DNA from: Coprothermobacterota bacterium
Lineage (GTDB): Bacteria; Coprothermobacterota; Coprothermobacteria; Coprothermobacterales; Coprothermobacteraceae
Assembly: GCA_036679065.1 (NCBI GenBank)
Contig: JAZIGN010000001.1
Location: forward strand, 1-64,000
Direction of reading: 5' to 3'
DNA: 64,000 nucleotides
Shown one piece after another: positions 29,427 to 39,432 of the stretch. The notes under the pieces were generated by a model. That model made no database searches, was not told the origin of the DNA, and saw only the letters and a list, made by a program, of their open reading frames with translations. A program made the position numbers and the translations under genes. The first letter of the stretch is position 1. Each line of letters begins with the position of its first letter.

Positions 29427-30208
29427 TGACATCTGGAAAGGGAGGTGTGGGTAAGACCACAATAACAGCTAATGTGGGGTACGCCCTAGCTTCCCTTGGT
29501 AAGAAAGTGCTTCTCATTGATGGAGATATTGGCCTTAAGAATCTGGACAGCGTGCTTGGCTTAGAACGGAGGGTTGTCTACGATTTATTCGATGTGATAA
29601 CCAACAGGATTGAACTTGAAGATGCTTTAGTCAAAGACAAAAGGTTACCTGACAATTTGTTCTTACTGGCAGCTTCGCAGAGCCACTTTAAGGAGGATGT
29701 ACCTGAGGAGAAGTTTAGTGAAGTGGTGGAAGAGGCAAAAGAGTTGTTCGAATACGTACTCGTGGACAGCCCTGCTGGCATAGAGCACGGTTTTAGAATT
29801 AGTAGTCGTTTTGCAGACCGAGCAGTGGTGGTAACTGTGCCTGAAGTTCCCAGTATTCGTGATGTGGATCGAGTGGTCGGGCTTCTGGAGAATTATCGAG
29901 TATCTGTGGACGGCGTAGTAGTAAACAGGCTAAACCAGACCTTGGTACGGCAGGGGAATATGCTTTCACCCCAGGATATTCTGGATCTGTTGGAAATACC
30001 ACTTCTTGGTGTAGTTCCAGAGGACACACTCATTGTACAAGCGGTAAACCAAGGGGATCCACTGATCTATAAGTATCCGAATTCAGCGGTGGCACGTGCT
30101 TACACGAACATTGCCCATAAACTGCTGGATCCTGAGTACGTTCCTCAAGAAACTAAGAAATCGAGAGGCTTTTGGTCTCTATTCGGCTTTCTCAGAGGTG
30201 AGGGATAA
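29405..30208 (+). CDS. minD: Septum site-determining ATPase MinD
   Basis: TSGKGGVGKTT, DIGLKNLD, DSPAGIE, C-terminal amphipathic helix. Confidence 0.97.
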   Translation: MAGQCIVVTSGKGGVGKTTITANVGYALASLGKKVLLIDGDIGLKNLDSVLGLERRVVYDLFDVITNRIELEDALVKDKRLPDNLFLLAASQSHFKEDVPEEKFSEVVEEAKELFEYVLVDSPAGIEHGFRISSRFADRAVVVTVPEVPSIRDVDRVVGLLENYRVSVDGVVVNRLNQTLVRQGNMLSPQDILDLLEIPLLGVVPEDTLIVQAVNQGDPLIYKYPNSAVARAYTNIAHKLLDPEYVPQETKKSRGFWSLFGFLRGEG

Positions 30209-30465
30209 TGTCTTGGTTCAGTGACTTGTTCGGGCGGCGCACGAAAAACGATGCTAAGCAGCGTCTTGAGGTCATGCTCATACATGACCGTGGAATATTT
30301 GATAATGCCGATCTGGAGCAAATGGAGAAAGAGATTCTGGCAGTGGTAAAGCGTTACGCTGACATTGAGACTGGTGCGGCTGAAATTTGCACAGATAAGT
30401 TGGACAATGGCAGATTACTGCTCAGCATAAGAGTTCCTGTGAGGGGCCAAAAGAGCAGACGGTGA
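30208..30465 (+). CDS. minE: Cell division topological specificity factor MinE
   Basis: AKQRLEVMLIHDR, EILAVVKRY. Confidence 0.92.
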   Translation: MSWFSDLFGRRTKNDAKQRLEVMLIHDRGIFDNADLEQMEKEILAVVKRYADIETGAAEICTDKLDNGRLLLSIRVPVRGQKSRR

Positions 30466-31547
30466 AAATAAGGTTAGTTTTCGGTTTTATCTGTGTCATT
30501 AGCGCTTTTGCGCTGGTGTTCTTTGGTTTAGTAGGTATTTCTGCAGCAACGCAACCTGGCTATGAGTTTAGTGGCTTCATGACTGGTTATGTCAGAACCC
30601 AGCTGATTGCTTTTGTGGGCGGGCTTTTGTTGGGGCTGATTATTCTGTATGTGGGGTTTGCTTATGTGCTAAAAGTTGCTCCTTATTTGGCATTATTTAA
30701 TGCAGTCCTTCTATTGTTAACATTGGTCATTGGTGAAGAAGCTTACGGTGCTCAAAGATGGATATCTTTTGGGTCCTTTCAGTTTCAACCCTCAGAGCTT
30801 GCAAAGTTGTCTTTACCCTTACTTCTGGTTTGGATAAATGGTCGCTTCAGTGGTGTTAAGAAGTGGGCCATAAGTCTTGTTGGCGCTATGTCTTATGTGG
30901 TACTGGTGCTAGTTCAGCCAGATTTAGGGACTAGTATTGTCTTGCTGGTGGAGTTTATAGCTTACTTAATTATTGAAGGTGTTAACTGGGGCATTTTGCT
31001 TTCAGGGCTTTACATGGTAATCCTGGCCTTTCCAACTCTTTGGGATAAAGCACTTAGGGAATACCAAAAACGTCGTCTTCTCAGCTTTTTAAACCCATTC
31101 GATGATCCTTCTGGTTCTGGCTACAATCTAATTCAAGCATGGACAGCCATTGGAAGTGGTGGTTTAAAGGGCAAAGGCCTAGATAATGCATATTTTCTTT
31201 ACTATGGTTACCTGCCTGTTGACCATGCCGACTTCATATTTGCAACGATCTCCTACGTAATGGGTTTTTGGGGTGCGATGAGTTTGTTGGTGCTTATATG
31301 CTCTTTTGTCTTGGGCGGGGTAGGATTTGCATTCTTTGTTCCTGATAATAAGCAGAAAGAGTTCTGTTTTATTGTTTTATGCGCTTGGCTTATCCAGTTT
31401 GCGGTAAACATTGGAATGAATTTGGGACTAATGCCCATAACTGGTATTCCGCTGCCTTTCATAAGCTATGGTGGATCTGCTCTTCTCATGAACATGGTTA
31501 TGCTTTTCACTTTTCTTTCCTACAGACCCGAACCTGAGACCCATTAG
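30462..31547 (+). CDS. rodA: Rod shape-determining protein RodA (SEDS family)
   Basis: GAQRWI, QPSELAK, QPDLGT, AIGSGG, HADFIF, GIPLPFISYGGS. Confidence 0.92.
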   Translation: MKIRLVFGFICVISAFALVFFGLVGISAATQPGYEFSGFMTGYVRTQLIAFVGGLLLGLIILYVGFAYVLKVAPYLALFNAVLLLLTLVIGEEAYGAQRWISFGSFQFQPSELAKLSLPLLLVWINGRFSGVKKWAISLVGAMSYVVLVLVQPDLGTSIVLLVEFIAYLIIEGVNWGILLSGLYMVILAFPTLWDKALREYQKRRLLSFLNPFDDPSGSGYNLIQAWTAIGSGGLKGKGLDNAYFLYYGYLPVDHADFIFATISYVMGFWGAMSLLVLICSFVLGGVGFAFFVPDNKQKEFCFIVLCAWLIQFAVNIGMNLGLMPITGIPLPFISYGGSALLMNMVMLFTFLSYRPEPETH

Positions 31548-32752
31548 GGTCCCAGGATTACTTCAGCAGATCCGGTTTCCATACTGTGTTTCAGGTTTTC
31601 ACTGATAAGGTCCACACTAATGCTGTTAATGTACTGAATTTCGCTTTGAGGGTCCCAGATACGGTTACGGGTAACAAATCTGTCTGCTAAAAGCAGAGAA
31701 ATACTTGACGTGGATTCCAAGCTCATGGTGTAAGCGCCAACGGTGAACCTCTTAAACTTGTCTAGTTCATCCACCGTAAGCTTTGCTTGTGCAAGTCTTT
31801 CTAGCTCCTCTTGAATAATACTCTTTGTTCTGTCTAGCCCTTTTGGTTTCAAATCACAAGAAACAATTAATGCACCTGCTACCGAAGTTGCTTCCACCGT
31901 GGAGTACACTGAGTAGCTAAGGCCTTCTTCTTCACGTATGCGTAAAAACAACTGACTAAAGCTGGATCCACCGAGAATGTTTGATATGAGTTGGTAGACA
32001 AAGATGTCATCTCTTGCTGATTCACAAGCTTGTAAAGCAAGCCTGTAATAGGTTTGTTGCGTGTCTTCTTTTATTTTTGAGCTGCCTGGAGTGAACTCTG
32101 GTCTTTCCATATGCCTAACGGGATCCACCAACGGTGAAGGAATGTCAACATTCCTAAGGAAGCTCTCCAACACTTTACCGTCAATCGGGCCGGCCATTGC
32201 CACGCATGGCTTTTGGTAGATTAACTTTTCCCAAAAACTGTACAATCTGGTTTTGGTGGCATTCTCGATGTCTTTACGCCTGCCAATAACGTCTTCACCC
32301 AAACGATGGCCATTCCACATGGTTTTTTGCAAGTGTGAATAAGCTCTTTCCTCGGGCTGGTCTTGTGCCATCTGGATTTCGCTTATAACAACCTGTTTTT
32401 CAGTGGAAAGGGCGGTTTCTTCTAATAGAGGCTCGTAAGCCAAGCTGAACAAAACTTTCACAGCATTCTGCCAGTAGTTTGCAGGTACGGTTGCTGTTAG
32501 GTATATGGCATCATAAGTAGTAAAACCGTTGTAACGTCCGCCCACGCCTTCTATCTCCATGGCTAAATCCTTGCTCGTTGCGTAGGTGCGCGTTCCTCTA
32601 AAGAGCATGTGCTCCAGTAAATGTGCGTATCCGTATTGGCCTTCTTCTTCAGCCATGGCTCCGCCTGGTATGGCAATGGTTATAGAAAAAACGCTAGTGT
32701 CTCTTTTTACGTAAAGCGAAGGAAATTCAGTGTTCAATGTTTCTATGTTCAT
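31544..32752 (-). CDS. M16 (pitrilysin) family zinc peptidase
   Basis: AHLLEHMLFRGT (HxxEH), NGFT, SQLF..IREEEGLSYSV. Confidence 0.92.
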   Translation of the reverse strand: MNIETLNTEFPSLYVKRDTSVFSITIAIPGGAMAEEEGQYGYAHLLEHMLFRGTRTYATSKDLAMEIEGVGGRYNGFTTYDAIYLTATVPANYWQNAVKVLFSLAYEPLLEETALSTEKQVVISEIQMAQDQPEERAYSHLQKTMWNGHRLGEDVIGRRKDIENATKTRLYSFWEKLIYQKPCVAMAGPIDGKVLESFLRNVDIPSPLVDPVRHMERPEFTPGSSKIKEDTQQTYYRLALQACESARDDIFVYQLISNILGGSSFSQLFLRIREEEGLSYSVYSTVEATSVAGALIVSCDLKPKGLDRTKSIIQEELERLAQAKLTVDELDKFKRFTVGAYTMSLESTSSISLLLADRFVTRNRIWDPQSEIQYINSISVDLISENLKHSMETGSAEVILGP

Positions 32753-32803
32753 TTCTTGCCTCCTTTGATCTGCAAAATCAAGATACTACTTACTATACGG
32801 GTA

Positions 32804-33052
32804 TTACAAAAAATCATCTGTTTTCTTGATTCTTTCTTGGAGTTCTGCTTTTGAGGGGCGTTCCACGTTTATCACCACATAGCGCGTATAAGCCACAGGT
32901 GTATCCACTTCGATCATGTCGTCGACTTTCACAGGATCCGATTGTTTTGCTAATTTGCCGTTTATTTTAACGTAACCTGCCTGAATTATTCTTTGTGCTA
33001 ACGTGCGTCGCTTAATGATACCGCTTTCTTTGAGAAACTTATCCAGCCTCAT
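32804..33052 (-). CDS. S4-domain RNA-binding protein (YabO/RqcP/Hsp15-like)
   Basis: MRLDKFLK...IKRRTLA...VKING. Confidence 0.9.
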   Translation of the reverse strand: MRLDKFLKESGIIKRRTLAQRIIQAGYVKINGKLAKQSDPVKVDDMIEVDTPVAYTRYVVINVERPSKAELQERIKKTDDFL

Positions 33053-34097
33053 TCTTTGATTCTTCCCACAGCGTTTCTAGATCATTTTCAGCTTGATGCT
33101 CAGTTACGTACTTTAGACGCTTCTGGAATTTCTTGCTACTATGAAGAAGAGCATCTTCTGGGTCCACATTTAGTAGCCTGGCTAAGTTTACTACCGTGAA
33201 CAGAAGGTCACCTACTTCGTCCTTCATACTCTTGGTTTGTCCGCTCTCAAAAGCATAGCGAAGTTCTTCAAACTCTTCGTCAAGTTTGTCTTTTAGCTGC
33301 ATAGGGTCTTCCCAATCCAAGCCGTGGTGATGAGCTTCATCTTGCAGGCGAAGTGCCCAGGTAAACACGTTGGGTGGGACAGATTCGTCATCGCTATTTT
33401 TACCTTTACGTTCCTGCCATTTGCTTAATACGGTGGCTGCATCAGCGTCATGATCAGATGCAAACACATGAGGATGCCTCGAGATCGCTTTCTCTGAAGC
33501 TTTGGTGAGAACATCTGCCAGTTCGAAGGCGTCATTTTCTTCTGCGATGACGCTATGAAGCAGCAAATGTAGCCACAAGTCGCCCAGTTCTTCAGCGTAA
33601 TTATCCATATCCTGTTTGGAAATAGCTTCCATGAGCTCACTAAGTTCTTCGCGGCTCAATGTGACTAACTGGTACGGCGTAACTTCACGGTCCCATGGGC
33701 ACCTTTCTCTGAGGGTTTCGACTATCTTCTTAAAGCGCATGAACTGAAAACCTACCGTTTTGGGCAGTGTGCAGTGGCAATCAGAACTTCCAAATGAGGG
33801 GGGCTCTGGTAACTCAAAAACGCTCTGCAACTCCAAGGCGGCTCTCTGAGGGGTATAACCTAAACTCTGCAAGAAAAGATTCGAGAAAAACAAAGCATTT
33901 TCCAAATTGCTAGTCACTACCACAGTGCCATCTTTGTTAGTTAGGAGGCCTTTCCAGACATCTGCCAAAACCTGCTGCCAGTCAATCACTTCTCGCGGTA
34001 AGCGTATTTGTCCACACTTTTCTTTACTGGTTCCTTCTGCTTCTGTCTCTGTCTCAACACACACGTCCAATCCTTTTATGACCTTATATCGCTTCAT
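33039..34097 (-). CDS. mazG: MazG nucleoside triphosphate pyrophosphohydrolase (YabN-like, degenerate N-terminus)
   Basis: LRERCPWD, EELGD, RHPHVF, EVGDLLFTVVNLAR. Confidence 0.88.
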   Translation of the reverse strand: MKRYKVIKGLDVCVETETEAEGTSKEKCGQIRLPREVIDWQQVLADVWKGLLTNKDGTVVVTSNLENALFFSNLFLQSLGYTPQRAALELQSVFELPEPPSFGSSDCHCTLPKTVGFQFMRFKKIVETLRERCPWDREVTPYQLVTLSREELSELMEAISKQDMDNYAEELGDLWLHLLLHSVIAEENDAFELADVLTKASEKAISRHPHVFASDHDADAATVLSKWQERKGKNSDDESVPPNVFTWALRLQDEAHHHGLDWEDPMQLKDKLDEEFEELRYAFESGQTKSMKDEVGDLLFTVVNLARLLNVDPEDALLHSSKKFQKRLKYVTEHQAENDLETLWEESKNEAG

Positions 34098-34181
34098 ATT
34101 AACATCTTACACCAGCGCAGGATTCTTGGTATAATTCTAGTTATGTTATATTAACTGAAAGTTAAAAGGGGAGGGGAGAGT

Positions 34182-36182
34182 GTGCTCGAGTTTTTTGCGG
34201 TTGCAGTGCTTTTACTGCTCACGGTTATTCTTAACGCTCGCTGGATTCTGGGCATAAAAGTGGAAAACGCTTTAGCAGCACAGATAAGCGGTCACATCCA
34301 CGATGGTGCAAAGGCGTTCTTGTCCAGTGAGTACAAGGTTATGTTTCCATGGATTGTTGTACTTTTTATTGTACTAGCTCTGCTCACAGGTTATAAGTCA
34401 GCTATTGCCTTCTTGGCAGGTGCTCTATTCTCCATTGCGGCGGGCTACATTGGTATGCAGATCGCTACATTGGCAAATGTACGCACCACAGAAGCTGCTA
34501 GGAGAGGCAGTGGAGATGCGCTTTCTGTGGCTTTTTCAGCTGGATCAGTCATGGGCATGACCGTAGTTGCCTTCGGTTTACTAGGGCTGGGGCTTGTGGT
34601 TTTCGTTTTTGGTGGTTTTGAAAAAGCCGGAGGCATTGTTAGTAGTTTTAGTTTGGGCGCTTCTTTTGTCGCTTTATTTGCTCGTGTGGGTGGTGGCATT
34701 TTTACTAAAGCTGCTGACGTTGGGGCTGACCTAGTAGGAAAGGTTGAGGCTAACATACCCGAAGACGACCCCCGAAATCCCGCAGTCATCGCAGATAACG
34801 TTGGTGATAATGTGGGTGATGTTGCCGGTATGGGAGCAGACTTGTACGAGTCCTATGTGGGGTCCATCGTCGCTTGCATTGTTTTGGCTTTGGCTGAGAA
34901 AAACATGGTCGGCTTAAGTTTTGTTTTGTGGGCCGTGTCTTTGGGTGCACTTTCCTCCTGGTTCACCATATTACTTGTGAGAGGCATATCCTCTCGCTCC
35001 CGCATGGAGCCTGCGAACGTGTTTAGAATGGGTAGTATATTGGTGACGCTGCTGGCTGTGGGTTTTGTTTGCCTTATTCCCATGTGGACTGGTGCAAGCT
35101 GGTCATATGTTGTTTCAACGGTGGCAGGCATGATTGTGGGCATAGCCATTGGGTTTATTACAGATTACTACACCATGGGCGCGCCCATAAAGGAAATAGC
35201 TAAAGCTAGCGAGACTGGAGCAGCTACCAACATTCTTTCTGGTATGGCGATTGCCATGCAATCCACCTTTTTGCCGGTCTTGCTGGTGGGCCTAGCCACA
35301 ATTGTCGCGTACCTCAGCGCAGGACTGTTCGGTATTGCTTTAGCTGGCGTTGGTATGCTTTGCACTCTGGCGTATTCTTTGTCGGTAGATGCCTATGGTC
35401 CCGTGGCTGATAACGCTGGGGGCATAGCTGAGATGGCGCATTTTTCACCTCAGGTGCGTGAGGTTACTGATGGTTTGGACGCTTTAGGTAATGCCACTGC
35501 TGCCATGGGGAAGGGTTTTGCTATCGCTTCAGCCGCACTAACGGCATTGGCTCTGTTTGCTGCATTCAACAGTGCTGTGGGGATTAGGGCTTTGGATGTC
35601 TCAGACCCCAAGGTGCTCACAGGGGTCATGGTAGGAGCGGCTTCACCGTTTCTTTTCTCTTCCATTGTCATCAACGCCGTTTCCAGGACTGCTTTTGTCA
35701 TCGTAAAAGAGGTCAGACGTCAGTTTAAAGAAATTCCTGGTTTGCTTTCAGGCCAAGCCAATCCAGATTATGTAGTCTGCGTGAGTATTAGTACTAGTCA
35801 TGCTCTTAAAAACATGGTAGTACCTGCTCTGTTGGCACTTATTCTGCCTCTGGCTTCCTACTTCTTGCTTGGTGTTGAAGGGGTCGGTGGCGTACTTATT
35901 GGCCAAACTGTTAGTGGATTTGTGATGGCCGTTTACATGGCAAATGCAGGTGGTGCTTGGGATAACGCAAAGAAGCTTATCGAAGGTGGTTTCTTGGGTG
36001 GTAAGGGTTCTGAGGCTCACCATGCCGCAGTAATAGGTGACACGGTGGGTGATCCGCTAAAGGATACAGCTGGCCCCTCCATTAACATACTTATGAAGTT
36101 AAGCACGGTAGTGTCCCTCATCCTCATACCCATTTTTGTGCAAATGGGCTTGCCCGTGCTCATCGATCTATTTGCAAAATAA
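34182..36182 (+). CDS. hppA: Membrane-integral K+-dependent (probably Na+-translocating) pyrophosphatase
   Basis: RVGGGIFTKAADVGADLVGKVE, EDDPRN, DNVGDNVGD, DNAGG, GDTVGDPLKD. Confidence 0.96.
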   Translation: MLEFFAVAVLLLLTVILNARWILGIKVENALAAQISGHIHDGAKAFLSSEYKVMFPWIVVLFIVLALLTGYKSAIAFLAGALFSIAAGYIGMQIATLANVRTTEAARRGSGDALSVAFSAGSVMGMTVVAFGLLGLGLVVFVFGGFEKAGGIVSSFSLGASFVALFARVGGGIFTKAADVGADLVGKVEANIPEDDPRNPAVIADNVGDNVGDVAGMGADLYESYVGSIVACIVLALAEKNMVGLSFVLWAVSLGALSSWFTILLVRGISSRSRMEPANVFRMGSILVTLLAVGFVCLIPMWTGASWSYVVSTVAGMIVGIAIGFITDYYTMGAPIKEIAKASETGAATNILSGMAIAMQSTFLPVLLVGLATIVAYLSAGLFGIALAGVGMLCTLAYSLSVDAYGPVADNAGGIAEMAHFSPQVREVTDGLDALGNATAAMGKGFAIASAALTALALFAAFNSAVGIRALDVSDPKVLTGVMVGAASPFLFSSIVINAVSRTAFVIVKEVRRQFKEIPGLLSGQANPDYVVCVSISTSHALKNMVVPALLALILPLASYFLLGVEGVGGVLIGQTVSGFVMAVYMANAGGAWDNAKKLIEGGFLGGKGSEAHHAAVIGDTVGDPLKDTAGPSINILMKLSTVVSLILIPIFVQMGLPVLIDLFAK

Positions 36183-36240
36183 AACAAAAAGGCGAGAGGG
36201 AACTCTGTAATTCACAGTGTTCATGATATCCTCTCGCCTT
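36183..36240. terminator. Long hairpin terminator between convergent hppA and rnpB
   Basis: AAGGCGAGAGG (36189-36199) pairs with CCTCTCGCCTT (36230-36240); T-rich tail on the minus strand. Confidence 0.7.
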
Positions 36241-36267
36241 CTTATTCCATTTTACAGTGGCAACTAC

Positions 36268-36639
36268 GAGTAGACGGTAAGCCGAGTTCTGTTCCCACCA
36301 AAACCGCGTTGCCTTCAAAAGCTTTGGTGGGTGGCAACCATTTATCTTGGCTTGCTGTTGCCAGCAAGCTCCAGCGGCCTACCCGCCAGCTCGCCGAGCA
36401 GGGTCACAGCTGGCTGCTTGGCCTTGCTCCGGATGGGGTTTACCGTGCCAGCACTGTCGCCAGTGCTGCGGTGGGCTCTTACCCCGCCTTTTCACCCTTA
36501 CCTACCCAAACATTTGGGTAGGCGGTTTGTTTTCTGTGGCACTCTCCTTGAGGTCGCCCTCACTGGGTGTTACCCAGCATCCTGCTCTGTGGAGCTCGGA
36601 CTTTCCTCAACCTTTTGGTTGCGGCTGCCTCGTCTACTC
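36268..36639 (-). ncRNA. rnpB: RNase P RNA (bacterial, type A-like)
   Basis: Minus strand: GAGGAAAGTCCGAGC near the 5' end, ACAGAACTCGGCTTA near the 3' end, GGTAAACCCC and GAGCAA; P1 helix GAGTAGACG/CGTCTACTC. Confidence 0.96.
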
Positions 36640-36965
36640 TTTACATATTCTACCATGCTTGTCCAATGTGACTCAATATCGTAATATTCCCTGGCTCTTT
36701 GCGTGAAAATGTGAACTACGATGTCGCCTATGTCCACAAGCACCCAATCACCTGGAGTGTAACCTTCAACGCGGTAGGTGATGTTCTTTTTATCCAGTAG
36801 CTCTTCCAATGAGTCTGCCAGTGATTGGCTATGGGTGAGTGAGTTCGCAGTGCAAATAATGAAATAATCTGCTATGGTGTCCAGGGCTCTTATGTCAACG
36901 ATTTTTATGTTTTCGGCTTTTTTCTCGTCAAGAAGCCTCTGAATGGCTTCCACGTCCTGATCCAA
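36570..36965 (-). CDS. rsfS: Ribosome silencing factor RsfS (Iojap)
   Basis: EKKAENI, ADYFIICT, WVLVDIGDIVVHIF, REYYDIESHW; AAAGGAGGTG SD before TTG. Confidence 0.95.
   Translation of the reverse strand: MDQDVEAIQRLLDEKKAENIKIVDIRALDTIADYFIICTANSLTHSQSLADSLEELLDKKNITYRVEGYTPGDWVLVDIGDIVVHIFTQRAREYYDIESHWTSMVEYVKSRRGSRNQKVEESPSSTEQDAG
36647..36676 (-). promoter_or_regulatory. Putative rnpB promoter inside rsfS
   Basis: TTGAGT-N18-TAGAAT with extended TG, 7 nt upstream of the P1 helix. Confidence 0.6.
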
Positions 36966-36998
36966 CGTCTGTTCACCTCCTTTCTTTTCTTTTTTGCT

Positions 36999-37580
36999 CT
37001 ATGGGTAGTAAAGGTGGTTTTCGTGAATATATGTTTCCACTGTTTTTGGTACTAAATAAGTTATGGGTTTTCCCTCAGCTACTCTTTGTCTTATGTACGT
37101 CGAGGAGACGTTTATCGGCGTCATGTCCGTAAAGATGGCTTCTGCTTCTGGTCTGGCTACAGTTATTGGTTTTCTCGGAACTACGATGAAAATAGCGTTT
37201 TTTACGAGTAAGTCATACCTGCGCCAGTTGTGCAACTCTTCCCATTCATCACTACCTAATATGAAGTAGGGTTTTTCACCAAGTACGTGTTTTACTGACA
37301 AAATGGTTTCATATGAATATGTGGGTCTGGCTTCTCTTTCCAATTCCATGAGTACAAATTTGGGTTCCTCTTTTAGCGCCATCTCCAACATGTTGACGCG
37401 GTGAAAGTAGGGGACTTTCGCGCTGTCTTTGTGTGGAGGTATGTGAGTAGGGACAAACCAAACCCTGTCAAGATTAGCGGCTTCCATGGCTAGGTAGGCC
37501 ATGAACAGGTGACCTATGTGAACAGGATCAAAAACACCTGCAAGAAGGCCAGTTCTAGAGGATTTCAAAGGCTTTATCAT
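36999..37580 (-). CDS. nadD: Nicotinate-nucleotide adenylyltransferase
   Basis: FDPVHIGH, PPHK, ILGSD, VSSTYIR. Confidence 0.93.
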   Translation of the reverse strand: MIKPLKSSRTGLLAGVFDPVHIGHLFMAYLAMEAANLDRVWFVPTHIPPHKDSAKVPYFHRVNMLEMALKEEPKFVLMELEREARPTYSYETILSVKHVLGEKPYFILGSDEWEELHNWRRYDLLVKNAIFIVVPRKPITVARPEAEAIFTDMTPINVSSTYIRQRVAEGKPITYLVPKTVETYIHENHLYYP

Positions 37581-38814
37581 GTATGACTACGGTTTCTCCT
37601 TCTTTTGCACCCATTTGCCTTAGCATTTCCTCAAGTTTCTTACGTCTTATCTCTCTTTGTACATACTGAAAATCCCAAGGTTGGGTGGTATCGTATCTGG
37701 ATATGTACCGTGCCCATCTGCCTTCAACTAACCAGTATTCATCTTCTCTACGAATGGAGAAATCCTCTGGCAAAGGTGGAAGCTCCATTGTTATGAATTC
37801 TGCAGTGGGTTCCTCTGTTGATAATGTGGGCGAAATAAGTTCAAATAAAACGTCTACTAATTGATTAGTGCCTTCACCTGTGGCCGCGCTTGTAAGCACC
37901 ATGTGTGATTCTTTGTCAGCAAACTGCACTTTTAGCTGATCAATGTGCTCTGGCTGCAGCAGATCGATTTTGTTTAAAACTAGAACTCGCGGTTTTTCCA
38001 GTAAGTTAGGGTTATAAGCTCGAAGCTCACCAATAATCGTTTCATAGGCTTGCATGGGTTCATAACCATCGATGGCTGCTGCATCAATGACAATGGCCAG
38101 TACTTTGGTGCGTTCAACATGCCTTAAGAAGGTTAGGCCAAGTCCTTTTCCTTCATGAGCTCCCTCTATGAGCCCTGGAACGTCGCTTACTACAAATGAT
38201 TGTTCAGCCTTTTTAACAATTCCCAGTACTGGAGATCGCGTGGTGAAGGGGTAGGGAGCTATTTCTGGTTTTGCCTTACTTATGACGGATATGAGTGACG
38301 ATTTTCCAGCGTTAGGTAACCCCACAAGCCCCACATGGGCAACCAGTTTTAGTTCTAAACGGAGTCTGCGCATTTCTCCTTCATGCCCCAGCTCACGGAA
38401 ACGCGGTGCTCGTCTAGTGGCAGTAGCCATGCGCGCATTGCCTTTTCCGCCTCGACCGCCTCTAGCTACCAGCAGTTTCATTCCTGGTTTGTCCATATCG
38501 ACCACAGTTTGAGTTTCCAAGTCAGCAACTATGACGCCCACTGGTATGCGTATGAAGAGGTCCTTTCCATCTTTCCCGAACTGTTTTTGAGATCTACCTG
38601 GTTCACCGTCTTCAGCCCGAAACTCCTTTTGGTACTTGAAGTCATACAATGTGAGAAGGGCAGGGTCGGTTACCAGGTATACATCGCCGCCTTTGCCCCC
38701 ATCTCCGCCGTCAGGTCCGCCTTTTTCAATGAATTTCTCACGACGAAAAGAGGCGGCTCCATCGCCGCCCTTTCCACCATAAACAATGATTTCCGCAGTG
38801 TCAATGAATATCAT
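37555..38814 (-). CDS. obgE: GTPase Obg/CgtA
   Basis: Gly-rich Obg fold, GLPNAGKSS, YPFTT, DVPG, NKID. Confidence 0.97.
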   Translation of the reverse strand: MIFIDTAEIIVYGGKGGDGAASFRREKFIEKGGPDGGDGGKGGDVYLVTDPALLTLYDFKYQKEFRAEDGEPGRSQKQFGKDGKDLFIRIPVGVIVADLETQTVVDMDKPGMKLLVARGGRGGKGNARMATATRRAPRFRELGHEGEMRRLRLELKLVAHVGLVGLPNAGKSSLISVISKAKPEIAPYPFTTRSPVLGIVKKAEQSFVVSDVPGLIEGAHEGKGLGLTFLRHVERTKVLAIVIDAAAIDGYEPMQAYETIIGELRAYNPNLLEKPRVLVLNKIDLLQPEHIDQLKVQFADKESHMVLTSAATGEGTNQLVDVLFELISPTLSTEEPTAEFITMELPPLPEDFSIRREDEYWLVEGRWARYISRYDTTQPWDFQYVQREIRRKKLEEMLRQMGAKEGETVVIHDKAFEIL

Positions 38815-39074
38815 TACTTTTGTTCGTTAGGAATCACACTGACGAATTTCTTTCCGCCTTTTTTCTCGAACTGAACTACGCCTTCAGCCAGTGCGAACAA
38901 GGTGAAATCCTTTCCCTGACCTACGTTTTTCCCTGGCCAGAAACGATTTCCTCTTTGCCTAACGATGATGCTACCGGGTTTTACTTTTTCTCCGCCGTAA
39001 GCTTTCACGCCCAAATACTGCGGGTTAGAATCTTTGCCGTTTCTTGAAGAACCTCCGCCCTTATGATGTGCCAT
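38814..39074 (-). CDS. rpmA: 50S ribosomal protein L27
   Basis: [23 protein letters not shown]. Confidence 0.98.
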   Translation of the reverse strand: MAHHKGGGSSRNGKDSNPQYLGVKAYGGEKVKPGSIIVRQRGNRFWPGKNVGQGKDFTLFALAEGVVQFEKKGGKKFVSVIPNEQK

Positions 39075-39080
39075 GGTTTC

Positions 39081-39401
39081 TTATCCCTCCGTTAACACAG
39101 ACGTTTTAATGCCATTGATTCGCAAAATGGTGTAACGTATCCTGTGTGATTTTTTCCTGTGGTAATTTACTTTCGCTTTGAAACGTCTCACCTTGATTTT
39201 CTTTGTACGAATCTGCTTCACGGGTTCGAACTCTATCTCAGCGCCTTCCACAAAAGGTGTTCCCACTACCGTATTCGCTTCGTCCTTTACCATGAGGACT
39301 TTTACTTCCTCCGGTTTGATTTCTTCCCAGCCAGGTACTAGTATGGTTGAGTTTTCCTTTACTTTATACTGTTTTCCTCTAATTTCCAGTAAAGCGTACA
39401 T
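39081..39401 (-). CDS. rplU: 50S ribosomal protein L21
   Basis: MYALLEIRGKQYKV, VGTPFVEGA, HR..YT. Confidence 0.95.
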   Translation of the reverse strand: MYALLEIRGKQYKVKENSTILVPGWEEIKPEEVKVLMVKDEANTVVGTPFVEGAEIEFEPVKQIRTKKIKVRRFKAKVNYHRKKSHRIRYTILRINGIKTSVLTEG

Positions 39402-39432
39402 GCTTGTCAGGTCCTCCTTTTAATACATATTT

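Noticed and set aside
34445..36023. Run of antisense ORFs opposite hppA (similar ones opposite mreB, atpA and atpD)
   Set aside because: Expected by-product of codon bias in strongly conserved genes
36309..36706. Three plus-strand ORFs of 70-119 aa
   Set aside because: Antisense shadows of the GC-rich RNase P RNA
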